From the IMG/VR virus record IMGVR_UViG_3300042350_004528, positions 1 to 64,000 of that record: a stretch of 64,000 nucleotides of DNA. One strand, 5' to 3'. Within the stretch, counting starts at the first letter, position 1; each line of letters starts with the position of its first letter. The position numbers were made by a program, and so were the translations under genes. Shown here one piece after another: positions 47,391-57,700 of this stretch. Under the pieces are notes generated by a model. The model worked only from the letters and a program-made list of their open reading frames with translations. It was not told the DNA's origin and made no database searches.

Positions 47391-48338
47391 TTAAAAATCA
47401 TCATCAAAAATACCATCTGTTGTAGTTGGAATATCCACTCTAGTGTATTGTCCTATTCTTTGTTCAAAGAAATTATTTTTAGCGGACAAACCAATTCTTG
47501 CCATGTAATCCAAAGGGTTGTTCGTATTAAACTCTGGTTCAATACCAAAGTCCTTTAAAACAACATCAGCGACATATCTAACATATTGTACCATCATGTC
47601 TGTTGTTAAACCCATAAGACCATTTGGCATACTTTCTCTAACAAAAACCTCTTCCACCTGGCAACAAGATAAAATAATTTCACGCACTTCTTCTTTTGGT
47701 AATTTGTTTGCAACGTAATTGTTATATAAATTAACCGCAAATTCGTAATGTAATGTTTCATCACGAATAATTAATTCATTCATACCCGCCAAACCCTCCA
47801 TTTTATTTCTTGAGCGGTACCAAAAAACTCCCGCAAAAACAGAACTAAAAGAAATTCCTTCAACACAAGCAAACGCGATCAATCTATGAACAAAAGATGG
47901 GTGGTTTATCCATTTTTCAGCCCAAGACGCTTTTGCGGCAACTGATGGGCTTGTTTCCATGGAATTAAATAAATCCATCTTTTCTTTCTCGTCTTTCACA
48001 TATGACTCAATTAAAAGTGAATAACCATTAGCATGGACTTGTTCAATAAACGTTTGATGCCCATAAAAATATTGAGCTTCAAGCAAATCAACCTCGTTCA
48101 TGAAGTTTGTGGCTAAATTATCAATTACTAATCCATCTGAAATGGCGAAGAACGCTAAAATGTTTTTTAGATATTGTTTTTCAGAATCAGTTAATTCATT
48201 GTATTTGTCCTTTGATAGGTCAACTTCTTCAGCTACCCAGGTTTGTTTTTCAGCTTTTTTATAAAACTCCCATAAATCTGGGTGAGTTATAGGGAAAATC
48301 GAATACCTTTTTGTTAAGTCGTTACTTTTTAAATTCAT
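47391..48338 (-). CDS. nrdB: ribonucleoside-diphosphate reductase beta subunit
   Basis: W..EEVDLSKD, EQVHANGY (radical Tyr), VEGISF, RDETLH, NFFE. Confidence 0.97.
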   Translation of the reverse strand: MNLKSNDLTKRYSIFPITHPDLWEFYKKAEKQTWVAEEVDLSKDKYNELTDSEKQYLKNILAFFAISDGLVIDNLATNFMNEVDLLEAQYFYGHQTFIEQVHANGYSLLIESYVKDEKEKMDLFNSMETSPSVAAKASWAEKWINHPSFVHRLIAFACVEGISFSSVFAGVFWYRSRNKMEGLAGMNELIIRDETLHYEFAVNLYNNYVANKLPKEEVREIILSCCQVEEVFVRESMPNGLMGLTTDMMVQYVRYVADVVLKDFGIEPEFNTNNPLDYMARIGLSAKNNFFEQRIGQYTRVDIPTTTDGIFDDDF

Positions 48339-48363
48339 TGTTTTTTTGTGTTATTGGGTTAAA

Positions 48364-48382
48364 ATAAATATTCGCAAATATA
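48364..48382 (-). promoter_or_regulatory. tandem elements upstream of nrdB: TATATTTG (-7 type) and TATTTAT
   Basis: Both motifs in a 73-nt intergenic gap; no matching -33 element seen. Confidence 0.4.
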
Positions 48383-48411
48383 GTTAATTTGGTTTAATCT
48401 TAATAAAAAAT

Positions 48412-49842
48412 TTATTGATTTTCAGTATTATTTTCACTTCCCCTAGATTCTAAAAACCCTCTGTAAAGATTCTTACGTTTATCCACTTGTTCTTTAGCCT
48501 TTTGGCTTTCAAAACCCTTTTCAGTTAATTGATCATCGGTATTAATCTTTAACGTACCATTGTCAAATTTACAATTTGGAAAAACCATACCATCACGACC
48601 CAATCGATTCTTTAATATTGAGATTGTTGCGACACTGGCTTCTTTTTGTTCCAATGTTTTACCAATACTCATTATAAAGTGTGCAATCTGAGCTTTTTTA
48701 AGTGAACCACCCATATTTTCGGTTTTAACCACCTCAACGCTTGTTGAGGCTCGGTTACCTTGAGTTGCTGTCCAACAAGCAACACCAACCTCTTCAATCA
48801 TTGTCTCAAGAAGTCGCATAACTCTACCCTCACTAGCCCATTCATCATTTGTTGTTGAGCTGTATTCTTTTTCAAGTGAAATACAATCAATGTAATCTAA
48901 AACCAATAAATCAATTTTATGACCTCTAGAATTTAATTTCTTTATGATATTTTTGATTTTTGTTATTGTGACACCATCAGCGGGTAATTTTTGTAGGAAT
49001 AGGTTATTCTTTGGTTCTTGCCCGTTAACTTTTCTATTCTTAAAAGCCTCCAACCTAGATTTAACCCAAGAAATACCTTCTTCGTCAGATAATTTATTAA
49101 GTGGTACTTCAGTTATAAGTGTATAATGTTTTCTTTGTATTGATTTTTCTTTGTCTTCAAAAAAGACTTGTAAAACATTTCGGCCATCCTGATAAGCTTG
49201 ATTGGCGACTTTTGTTAAAAAGGTTGTTTTACCAACACCAAGTGGAGCGATAACCAAAGCGAGTTCACCACTAGCAATACCACCACCCATAATTTCATCG
49301 ATACCACTAATGCCACATTGTATTGGATCCCTGAACTCATCAGAAAGTACATTATCCATATCCTGGAAAAGTGTTATAGAATCCTGAGTGTCCTTAAAGA
49401 TCAATGCATCCTTTAACCTTTTTTCGATTTGGTCATAATCCTCAATAACACCCCTTTCAACTTTTTTAGATATTTCTTGGATTACACTTTTAAGTGATTG
49501 CATTTTACAGAACTTAACAACGTAATCTTGTATGTTTTTATTTGTAACTGTTCGGCTTTCAACCTCTTGTAGTGTATCTAAAACTTGTGTTTTAAATGTG
49601 GGGTCTGGAATTTCAACATTAATCTCAGTTCTTAAACCTGGAAAATTTATAATAGCATTATGTTTTGTATAATACTTTTTAATCAGGGAGATTATTTTTT
49701 GAAAGGCCTCGGTTTTAAAGTGAACCGTATCCAATGTCTCAACTACGGTTTCACCAAATTTTGGATCAACTATTATTTCATGAAACAAATCTAATTGGAA
49801 ATCTGGCCCGAAGTCCTCTAATTGTATAGATTTTTGTATCAT
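48412..49842 (-). CDS. dnaB: replicative DNA helicase (DnaB / T4 gp41-like)
   Basis: APLGVGKTT, LVLDYID, WTATQGNR, KNRLG. Confidence 0.93.
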   Translation of the reverse strand: MIQKSIQLEDFGPDFQLDLFHEIIVDPKFGETVVETLDTVHFKTEAFQKIISLIKKYYTKHNAIINFPGLRTEINVEIPDPTFKTQVLDTLQEVESRTVTNKNIQDYVVKFCKMQSLKSVIQEISKKVERGVIEDYDQIEKRLKDALIFKDTQDSITLFQDMDNVLSDEFRDPIQCGISGIDEIMGGGIASGELALVIAPLGVGKTTFLTKVANQAYQDGRNVLQVFFEDKEKSIQRKHYTLITEVPLNKLSDEEGISWVKSRLEAFKNRKVNGQEPKNNLFLQKLPADGVTITKIKNIIKKLNSRGHKIDLLVLDYIDCISLEKEYSSTTNDEWASEGRVMRLLETMIEEVGVACWTATQGNRASTSVEVVKTENMGGSLKKAQIAHFIMSIGKTLEQKEASVATISILKNRLGRDGMVFPNCKFDNGTLKINTDDQLTEKGFESQKAKEQVDKRKNLYRGFLESRGSENNTENQ

Positions 49843-49846
49843 GATA

Positions 49847-50311
49847 TTAAACCGCTAAATCGTACTGTAAATATTTTGTTTCTAGTCTTTCATTTTTTTC
49901 AGATAAACATTTCTGTATTCTTGTTATCATATCGTAAATATGCTCACGAATATCAACGGTATACCTTACTTTAACTGGATAAATTGTCGCATCCCATTGT
50001 CTGTACGCAATAACCCTATCATCCATTTTAACAATAATTTTCATAACATCTTTAATGTCGTTTTTTTCAAATCCAGAATTTTCATAAAAAGCTCTTGAAT
50101 TTTCTGTCATGAAATCTAAGGTTTTGTTCTTCATATGAAGTTGGATTATATGCTGATTGTAATCAATAGCATCTTTAAAGTTTAAAGAGTTAATTGCGCG
50201 ATTATTAAAGCCAATAACGTTGAAATAACGTTGGACTATAATATTGTCATTAAGGTAAATTGTAAATTCAAATTTTCTTTGCTCTTTTTTAATTTCTTTT
50301 TTTGCGTTCAT
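49847..50311 (-). CDS. hypothetical protein (154 aa) in the replication block
   Basis: Tightly packed ORF. Confidence 0.75.
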   Translation of the reverse strand: MNAKKEIKKEQRKFEFTIYLNDNIIVQRYFNVIGFNNRAINSLNFKDAIDYNQHIIQLHMKNKTLDFMTENSRAFYENSGFEKNDIKDVMKIIVKMDDRVIAYRQWDATIYPVKVRYTVDIREHIYDMITRIQKCLSEKNERLETKYLQYDLAV

Positions 50312-50315
50312 AATT

Positions 50316-51356
50316 TTAATTTTTCGTTTGTTCGTAAATTTTTTTTTCCTTGTTTATAATAGTAATAAAAGTTGACCAGAAAACAAAGAACCCGTCATCA
50401 TATTTTGGTAAAAAATTTAATAATTGGTCTTCTTTCATCATTTCCATAATCTTATTTATACCACCTCGACCTTCTGGCGACAATGGTTCGTTGACCATTT
50501 CCGTTATAGCATTTTTTAGGTCTTCTGTTACATTTGGCGTTTCTAAATTAATAACTTTACCCATAACACTAAAATAATCGGTACCATATGTCCCCCATTT
50601 CGTTTTACCCTCTTTTATTGTGAGAAGTTTTTTACTATCTGGGGATTCCGTTAATAACTCATCAACTCTGTTAATAACCCACTCATGATCTTTTGGCTCT
50701 TTTTTTAATTCAGGAAACATTTTAAGTACAGTTTCTTCACCTATCCCCTCAAGACCAGATATGTTATCTGATATGTCGCCAGCAATCATTTTAATCAACC
50801 CAACATTGGAATAGTGGTAATCAAAATAATTTTTGAAGTTGTCTTTATTGATGACAGCTTTTTTACCATACAAATACACCTTTGTATCTGGTGCAATCAA
50901 CTGAAGTAAATCTTTGTCGTTTGTGTAGATAATTTTGTTCTCATTTGATGAATTTTTAACATAATGAGCAATGCCATCATCAGCCTCGCAACCATCAATC
51001 TCAACTTGTCTTATAAACAATTCTTCAAGGTATTGTTTTATCCTGATTCTTTGTCTATCCAAGTCGTGTCGTTCATCAATAGTTACTTTATCATTCCTAT
51101 TCATTTTATAGTATGGATAGTAACCTTGACGGTAAACTTTTGAATTTTCACCCTCCCAGAAAACAACAACTTTGGTTATGCCAAAGTCCTGGTAAAATTT
51201 TTTGATTGTGTTAACAAAGTGAAATATGGCGCCAACGCTTCCGTGTTTAGTTTGCACTTGTTTGGCGCCATAAAACCCTTGTTTTAATAAAGCCTCACCA
51301 TCAATCAGTAACGTATTAATCTTCGTCCGAATAGGCAATGGCCTGTTTAACTTCAT
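50316..51356 (-). CDS. 5'-3' exonuclease / flap endonuclease (PolA N-terminal, T4 RNase H-like)
   Basis: LLIDG, YPYYK.NR, EADD, NDKDLLQL, GDISDNISGLEGIGE. Confidence 0.93.
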   Translation of the reverse strand: MKLNRPLPIRTKINTLLIDGEALLKQGFYGAKQVQTKHGSVGAIFHFVNTIKKFYQDFGITKVVVFWEGENSKVYRQGYYPYYKMNRNDKVTIDERHDLDRQRIRIKQYLEELFIRQVEIDGCEADDGIAHYVKNSSNENKIIYTNDKDLLQLIAPDTKVYLYGKKAVINKDNFKNYFDYHYSNVGLIKMIAGDISDNISGLEGIGEETVLKMFPELKKEPKDHEWVINRVDELLTESPDSKKLLTIKEGKTKWGTYGTDYFSVMGKVINLETPNVTEDLKNAITEMVNEPLSPEGRGGINKIMEMMKEDQLLNFLPKYDDGFFVFWSTFITIINKEKKIYEQTKN

Positions 51357-52329
51357 ACTCCTCTAATTCAAAATTTGTATCACCCATTTTTGATGCCCAG
51401 TAATCAGCTGTTTCTTTCTTGTACTTTTCCAAGGCTTCTTTATTATCTCGTTTATCACTTGTGATAAAACCATGTGGTGTAACTACAATTTGTGAATCAG
51501 CGTATCCTAGTCCGTTGATGTGATTCTTGTCAACGGTAACTTTTGTTCTTGTGGCAAAATTAATCTTTCTACCATTCTTAGTGGCATCAATTTTAGAAAT
51601 ACCACCATCAGCTTCATTACCAAAACGGAAAACCAATGTGGCAGCTTGGTAAACAGCCTCACCACCTTTTGGTTTAATTTTTGGTTGACCCATTGGCGAA
51701 TCTGGTAATTTAACCCAAGGTAGGTTACAGATAACCAAACCATTCAAGTATTGTGAGTTTTCTTTTCTACTGTTGTTAATTCTTTGGTTAATACCCATGT
51801 TAATTTTTTCTGCAAGAACTCCAGCGGTATGTTGTTTACCACCTTTACCCTCCCAGGTCATTTTACAAGGTACAGAACCAACTGAATCCCAGAAGAAACA
51901 AATATCATAAGGAACATTTCCTTTAGCTTGTTCATCCAACACATAATTTATGTAATCGGTAATTTGTTCCACGTATTCAAAATCATCACGATAGAAGAAA
52001 AACCCTTTCCACTCACCCTGATCATCTTTGTAACAATCCAAACCCATTAGTTTGCAATGTTCAAAACTCCATTTTTTCTCGGTAACCAAAAATATTGGTA
52101 AAATCCCTTTTTTCTGCGCATCAATGGATGATGCAATTAACGCACTCGTCTTTCCCGTGTTGGTATGTCCGAGTAACATGTTAATGTGACCCATACAAGG
52201 GCCAGGTACACCAGATGCCTCTAAAAATGCTTCACCGCAAGATAGAAACAAATCTGGTTTATATTTTGTTGTTGTACTCATTTTCTTCTGAAGATCATCA
52301 AAAGAAAATTCCTTTTTCTTTACTGCCAT
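51316..52329 (-). CDS. recA: RecA/UvsX-like recombinase
   Basis: GHTNTGKT, FFWDS, PKGGEA, KNH. Confidence 0.88.
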   Translation of the reverse strand: MAVKKKEFSFDDLQKKMSTTTKYKPDLFLSCGEAFLEASGVPGPCMGHINMLLGHTNTGKTSALIASSIDAQKKGILPIFLVTEKKWSFEHCKLMGLDCYKDDQGEWKGFFFYRDDFEYVEQITDYINYVLDEQAKGNVPYDICFFWDSVGSVPCKMTWEGKGGKQHTAGVLAEKINMGINQRINNSRKENSQYLNGLVICNLPWVKLPDSPMGQPKIKPKGGEAVYQAATLVFRFGNEADGGISKIDATKNGRKINFATRTKVTVDKNHINGLGYADSQIVVTPHGFITSDKRDNKEALEKYKKETADYWASKMGDTNFELEEYEVKQAIAYSDED

Positions 52330-52357
52330 ATTGATATATTTTTAAAAATTAATTGTG

Positions 52358-52400
52358 AAAAAAAGGGCACTATAAGAGCGTAAAATCTCCTATAATGCCC
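52358..52400 (-). terminator. Rho-independent terminator after the SSB gene
   Basis: GGGCATTATAGGAG / CTCTTATAGTGCCC stem (with G-U pairs) followed by T7. Confidence 0.8.
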
Positions 52401-52415
52401 ATATATTTGTTTTAA

Positions 52416-53339
52416 TTAGAACGGTAGATCATCAGTGTCCAACGTCATTGGCTCACCCGAATCATAACCCATACTATCATTGCCAAATGTTGTCGGTACT
52501 GGCTCACTTACTGGTTGTGAATAATTTGTGGATTGTGGTGCATATGATGGCGTACCAGCGTCATCAATTCTAGCAACAAATTGCTTTGATTCGCTATCCC
52601 AAACAGGTTCAGAACCCTCAGCAACAATTCTCAAAAACTCAATAGGTTTTTTTCTGTAAACATCTCTCCAAGTTTGTTGGTCGTTTAACCAAAGTTCCAT
52701 TTGTGCTGGATCTTGACTAACTGGTGATGTCTCATCAAAAATGATTTGTGAAACTTTTGTGTACCCTTTAGATTGGTCACGAACAACACTGATAACAAGG
52801 TCTTTTCCAGCAATAGGATTAAAGAATGCACCAGAGCCTGGATTTTTATCGTTCATGAATTTCATCATGGGTTGAATTTTGTCCATGATTCCTGAACCAT
52901 CATTTACTTTAGGGAATCTCCAGAATTTAACTCCCTCGTGTTCTTTTCCACGTTCAATACCTCTAACGATATAGAAGTCACGTGAACGGTAATTGCTTGC
53001 GATTTTTTTATCTTCAGCATCACCCTTGATTAAAAGTTTGTACATGTCATTAAGAGGTGATTCTTCACCGTCTTGAGCTGGATCGTACAGTTTATTCCAT
53101 TTTTTACCAATCTTAAGATTGTGGAATTTAATGATGTCGTACCATTTACCCTCAGTATCCAATGGTAAAATTCTAAAGACACGTTGTCCTGAATTTTCTT
53201 TTTCACCCAATGCTAATGTAAAGTACTTGGTTAAGTCAACCTCTTTTTTTTCTGTGGTTGTTGCAGAGTTTTTTGATTTTTCGTAGTCGGCCAGTGAGTT
53301 TTGAACAGCCTTGTTCCAATCGATGTTTTTAAAGTCCAT
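52416..53339 (-). CDS. single-stranded DNA-binding protein (gp32-like)
   Basis: FRILP, aromatic OB-fold-like core, GKDL, acidic tail ending DDLPF; adjacent to recA. Confidence 0.85.
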   Translation of the reverse strand: MDFKNIDWNKAVQNSLADYEKSKNSATTTEKKEVDLTKYFTLALGEKENSGQRVFRILPLDTEGKWYDIIKFHNLKIGKKWNKLYDPAQDGEESPLNDMYKLLIKGDAEDKKIASNYRSRDFYIVRGIERGKEHEGVKFWRFPKVNDGSGIMDKIQPMMKFMNDKNPGSGAFFNPIAGKDLVISVVRDQSKGYTKVSQIIFDETSPVSQDPAQMELWLNDQQTWRDVYRKKPIEFLRIVAEGSEPVWDSESKQFVARIDDAGTPSYAPQSTNYSQPVSEPVPTTFGNDSMGYDSGEPMTLDTDDLPF

Positions 53340-53367
53340 AATTAAAAAATTTAAGTTTATTATGGTA

Positions 53368-53399
53368 CAATATTAGGCAACGATTTTCAAAAAGTCAAG
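53368..53399 (-). promoter_or_regulatory. Bacteroidota-type promoter (CTTG-N20-TAATATTG) upstream of the SSB gene
   Basis: Same architecture as the sites at 15, 409, 4031 and 18818. Confidence 0.6.
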
Positions 53400-53417
53400 T
53401 GCCAGACAAAAAAAAAT

Positions 53418-53702
53418 TTACGTGTTGAAAAGTTGTCTCTTTACTTTTTTACCCACCAACATTACCCCATGTGGGCTTGTTGTGACTGATACAGAGTTTA
53501 TTGAATACTGATTCAATACGAAAGCCCCAGGTAAAACCAATTGGGTACCGTTAACAGTTAAAGTGGTGACATCATCATAAGCACCTAAAAAAATTATACT
53601 ATGTATTGAATATGTGTGACCAGTGTCGGCTGCTTGAAGTGCCGCGATCGATTGTGTTCCGCCAGATGTTATTTTTTCTGTATATAATTCAGCTTGTATC
53701 AT
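53418..53702 (-). CDS. small beta-rich hypothetical protein, possibly structural (94 aa)
   Basis: ATGA overlap with the upstream gene. Confidence 0.65.
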   Translation of the reverse strand: MIQAELYTEKITSGGTQSIAALQAADTGHTYSIHSIIFLGAYDDVTTLTVNGTQLVLPGAFVLNQYSINSVSVTTSPHGVMLVGKKVKRQLFNT

Positions 53703-54400
53703 AGTCTGTTAAATGGGTTTTCTGTTGGTATGTTAAAGCTCTTTTTAATGTCCATATCACTATAATCGTTCATTATGGTATCAAACATAGACATTTTAGA
53801 TGAATTTTCCAAATCAGTCTGCGTTTTAGCCCCAGTACCTTTATTATAATCATCAATTGATACATTAAATGGGTAAGAATCTTGGGCCAAAGCCTTTCTT
53901 CTCTCTTCTTCAGTTGGTGGCCTCATAAGCTCAACTTGTTTCGCTAAAGATTCCATTTTACCGATTAAATCATCCATTTTGGTTAAATTTGTCTCTATTT
54001 CGGAAACTTTACCCATAATGTCGTTGATTTTTTCTATACCACCAGCTAAACCTTCAATTTTGCTCTTGATATCGTTTGTGCTATTCACCAATTCTGTCAC
54101 ATCAACCTCAGTAACATCTTCAGCTGGAGCTGGCTCTTCCACTGGTGCATCAACTGGTGCATCCGTAGCAACGTCTGTTGGTTCTGTTGCCATTGGTTCC
54201 TCAGCTGGTACCTCAGCTGTCGCATCGACAGCAGCGTCAACTGGAGCTGCGTCAATTGGCTCTTCAGCTGGTGCAACTTCTTCAGCTTCATTATAGAATC
54301 TATAAGAAACCTCGTCAATTGCCATTTTATCTTGATATGCTATAATAGCATTAAAGCGATTAATTTCGCTTTCCAATACGGTATTTAATTTCTTATTCAT
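53699..54400 (-). CDS. scaffold-like acidic protein with Pro/Ala/Glu linker and coiled coil
   Basis: N-terminal EINRFNAIIAY motif, low-complexity linker, heptad region. Confidence 0.6.
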   Translation of the reverse strand: MNKKLNTVLESEINRFNAIIAYQDKMAIDEVSYRFYNEAEEVAPAEEPIDAAPVDAAVDATAEVPAEEPMATEPTDVATDAPVDAPVEEPAPAEDVTEVDVTELVNSTNDIKSKIEGLAGGIEKINDIMGKVSEIETNLTKMDDLIGKMESLAKQVELMRPPTEEERRKALAQDSYPFNVSIDDYNKGTGAKTQTDLENSSKMSMFDTIMNDYSDMDIKKSFNIPTENPFNRL

Positions 54401-54615
54401 CTTAGAAACATTCTATTTGAGTGGCTAATCGGTGTTTCTTCTCTTAAAAGTTCTCTACCATCTTCAACCACTAATTTTTTTTCGATTATTTTTCTTTCAA
54501 TTAAACCATCAGCGGTTTTTATATAACAAACACCAGATTTTAAATCACACACTTCTTCACCAACCTTTGGTTCGCTCCCTAAAAAATCATTGATTTTATT
54601 GTTTATGTTATCCAT
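54397..54615 (-). CDS. hypothetical protein (72 aa)
   Basis: Coupled ORF; TATTTAT upstream at 54629-54635. Confidence 0.7.
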   Translation of the reverse strand: MDNINNKINDFLGSEPKVGEEVCDLKSGVCYIKTADGLIERKIIEKKLVVEDGRELLREETPISHSNRMFLR

Positions 54616-54628
54616 AAATTGTTTTCTT

Positions 54629-54635
54629 ATAAATA
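54629..54635 (-). promoter_or_regulatory. TATTTAT putative late promoter element
   Basis: Intergenic, 13 nt upstream of the ATG. Confidence 0.5.
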
Positions 54636-54701
54636 TCAGCTAAATGATAAAAGTTATGTGAATGTTTTTAATTTAGTGGGGTGTCTTTGTTTTAATTTTT
54701 A

Positions 54702-57700
54702 TCATACCAAACTATTAAACTCACTAGAAGCGGTATTATATATTGATAATTTAGAGTTGTAAGTTTGACTACCCTTAGTATACTGAGCTTTAGCCACTGG
54801 ACTCCACCATGAATTTATATATGTGGATGTCCATTTATCAGGATCGCTACCACTAAACCCTTTGGCTTTTACTCTGTTAGCCATAAAATCTAAAAATGAT
54901 TCATCATTGGCAAATATAGCGAAGGATCTCCTATTACCACCGCTATCAATACGACTATACTGACCTATAATACCAGGTGCCCCCCATCTACCACTATCTG
55001 TTTGTACACCAGCATAATTATAACCACCAGCAGAATTAAATGATTTACCAGATTTTGAAGCCTCCGCAACCATAATTGCAAACACAGCTTTACCTAAATC
55101 ACTACCGTATTTAGTGTTTAAATAATTAACCGCTGTTTTATACGGTAATTTATTTGAAGGTGGTGGTGGGTCGGTAAACGGTAGTTCTGGGTATGATGTT
55201 TTATAATTTGTTGCTACGGTTGTATTTGAAGCAACTGGTTCAAATCTTAAAATAACAGTTCTTGTTGGATTAGCTATTTTACCATCATTATCTATTGTTA
55301 ATGTAACCCCATTTGAAAAATTACCATTCTTAACTTTATCTGAAAGATTACCACCAATAACATTTACAGTTTTACTACTTTGATCGATATTTGTAACACA
55401 ATCACAGTGTGAATTTCCAACAGAATCCCAATCATTTAATTGAACAACTATTTCTTTGTAATTTGAATCCTGGGCGTAGCAAAGAATATCGCCAATCTGA
55501 ATAGGTGTATCTTTGCTTGAATAAGCTTTCCAAGAAGTTTTTGTTTTCCTAATTGTGTTCACATAAACATTATGACTAGCGCTATAAGGAAAGTCACTTG
55601 GTTTTGGCGCCGCTGTTTTAATAATGTAACTTATAAAAGCGGCTGACCAAGGATCGCTTGAACAATTAAATGACGTCCAATTAACAGCCGCCCAATATTC
55701 TTTTAATAACGGTTGTGCATCTTTATCACATTCTGTTAAATTAACCCATTTTTCTCTTTCTTGATCAGCGACTCTAACCAATTCATTTACGAATCTAACA
55801 GCTTCAGTTGATTGGCCTGAACTAGTTTGTGGCGTATAAATATTTGTTAATTGTTCTTCTCCAGCCGAATCTAATTTATACTCACTATTAGCCTTTGTAC
55901 TTAATTTTATATTACCAAAAGATCCATTAGAATCGCTTGAGAAAAACGCAATTTTATAATCGTCAGATGAGCCTTGAACGGCGCCAAGATATTTTACTTT
56001 AATTCCAGATTCGGTTGATTTTTCTATTGATTTATTTTTTTCTTCCCACTCTTTATGTTTTTTATCAAAAATAGCGGTGTATTGCTCGTAAAATCTTTGA
56101 TTTACAGCGCTATCACTACCTAGATCTTCATATTGTACATTGCCTTTTTGATCGTTTAAATTAAATTCGTGTATTACGTCTGTTGACCCAACATCATTAA
56201 CAGATATACTTTGTGGATTACTCAATAATCCATAATAGATTGCTTCTTTTGCATAAATCCCGCTCGATGTGGTTGGATTTCTCGGTACTTTACTCCATAT
56301 ATCGTCTTTATCAGCGGTGTAGCTGCCAGATGTGTTGTCTTTTAAATATTGTATATATTCAGATTCGGTTCGTTTACCATCTGAAATAAATAACATAAAC
56401 TTTGCTGCGGCTGGGCTACATTCATCTAAAAAGTCTAATATGTCTTTAATTTGATCGAGACTCTTTTTTATTGGTTCTGGTGAACCGCTTGTTTGTGTTT
56501 GTGTGGTCGTATTTTTAATATTTGCGGCTTCAAAATTATTTATTACCCCGTTAGTGCTTAACGATTTAAATAAATCATAAACATCCGAATGTACTGTATC
56601 AGTTTCATTTTTCACACCAATTCCATATAATTCTGTGTTTGCAAAAATAGCGCTGTCTTTACTATCAAAGAAAAATGTCGCCGTTTTTATTGGAATCTCA
56701 CTACCCCTTTTATCCAGTTCGGTTTCCATACTAAACGCAAGTCTATCGCTATTATCTGATATCGTGGCGCCACTTTCATTTACAGCTTTTAAATCAAATA
56801 CGGTACCGTCAAATAATTTTGACTCATTTAATGTCGTATTACTATTTGTCTTAGCCTCATTACCAATTTTATTTAATAAATCACCCAACTCACCAACTAA
56901 AGAAAAAGATGCGTTTTCTTTAAACACTTTTGAAAGTGATAAAGCACTTCCACTATACCTACTGTCGCCGCTAGATGCTTTTTGATTCATTATACCGATT
57001 GCTACGGTTTTCATATTTTTTACAATTTCTTTTGGTGAATCTGTATTGCCTAATAAGGCTTTTGAATAATTGTACAATACGTTTACCAAACCAAGATTTG
57101 CATCATTTTTAGCGTTACTTTTGGTCACACTAAATATAAAAGCACCAATAACTTGTATTCCAGAAAAACTATAATATTTAGTTGAATCGCTACTTAAACC
57201 TTGTAATACGCTACCAAATGGGTCGTTACTATCACTATCATCACTATAAATTTTTCCTGACGTGTTTGGTATACCTTCAGTAACTATCGTATTTACACCA
57301 ACCGCCGCATCAACTAAAAGTTTTGCGTTTTTTCTCATTAATGTTAAAAGTTCCCTTCTAACATCAATTTTTGATGCTATTGGTTGTCTTGCACCTTGAA
57401 ATGTAGTAATCATTGTGTTTGGTTGTATGTCATGGGCAACATTTGTAATCCAATATGTTCCATGGAACAATGGTACGTTTCTAAGGTAAAAATAACTTAA
57501 TGGTTGTATTGTTGAATTACCTAAACTAGTTACCGTGCATGTAAATGCTCTTTTTTCTAGAATTGGGAATAAATTTGTTGTTTGTAAAGTTGTTTCTGTT
57601 TTATTAACAACATCCACCCAAGTTCTTATACTTTCTTCTGTATCATAAAATTCAGCGGTATTTAGTTGTACGCTAGTAAACATTTGTTGTTTTTGGCTAC

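Noticed and set aside
47391-48338. Metal-free or otherwise variant RNR beta subunit
   Set aside because: The carboxylate and His ligands and the radical Tyr are all present
45226-52329. Inteins, introns or homing endonucleases in nrdA, nrdB, helicase or recA
   Set aside because: Lengths are normal or compact, with no splicing or endonuclease motifs
53979-54296. Plus-strand Ser/Ala/Thr-rich ORF and the other short antisense ORFs in the track
   Set aside because: Shadows of real minus-strand genes, mostly with non-ATG starts and no recognisable motifs
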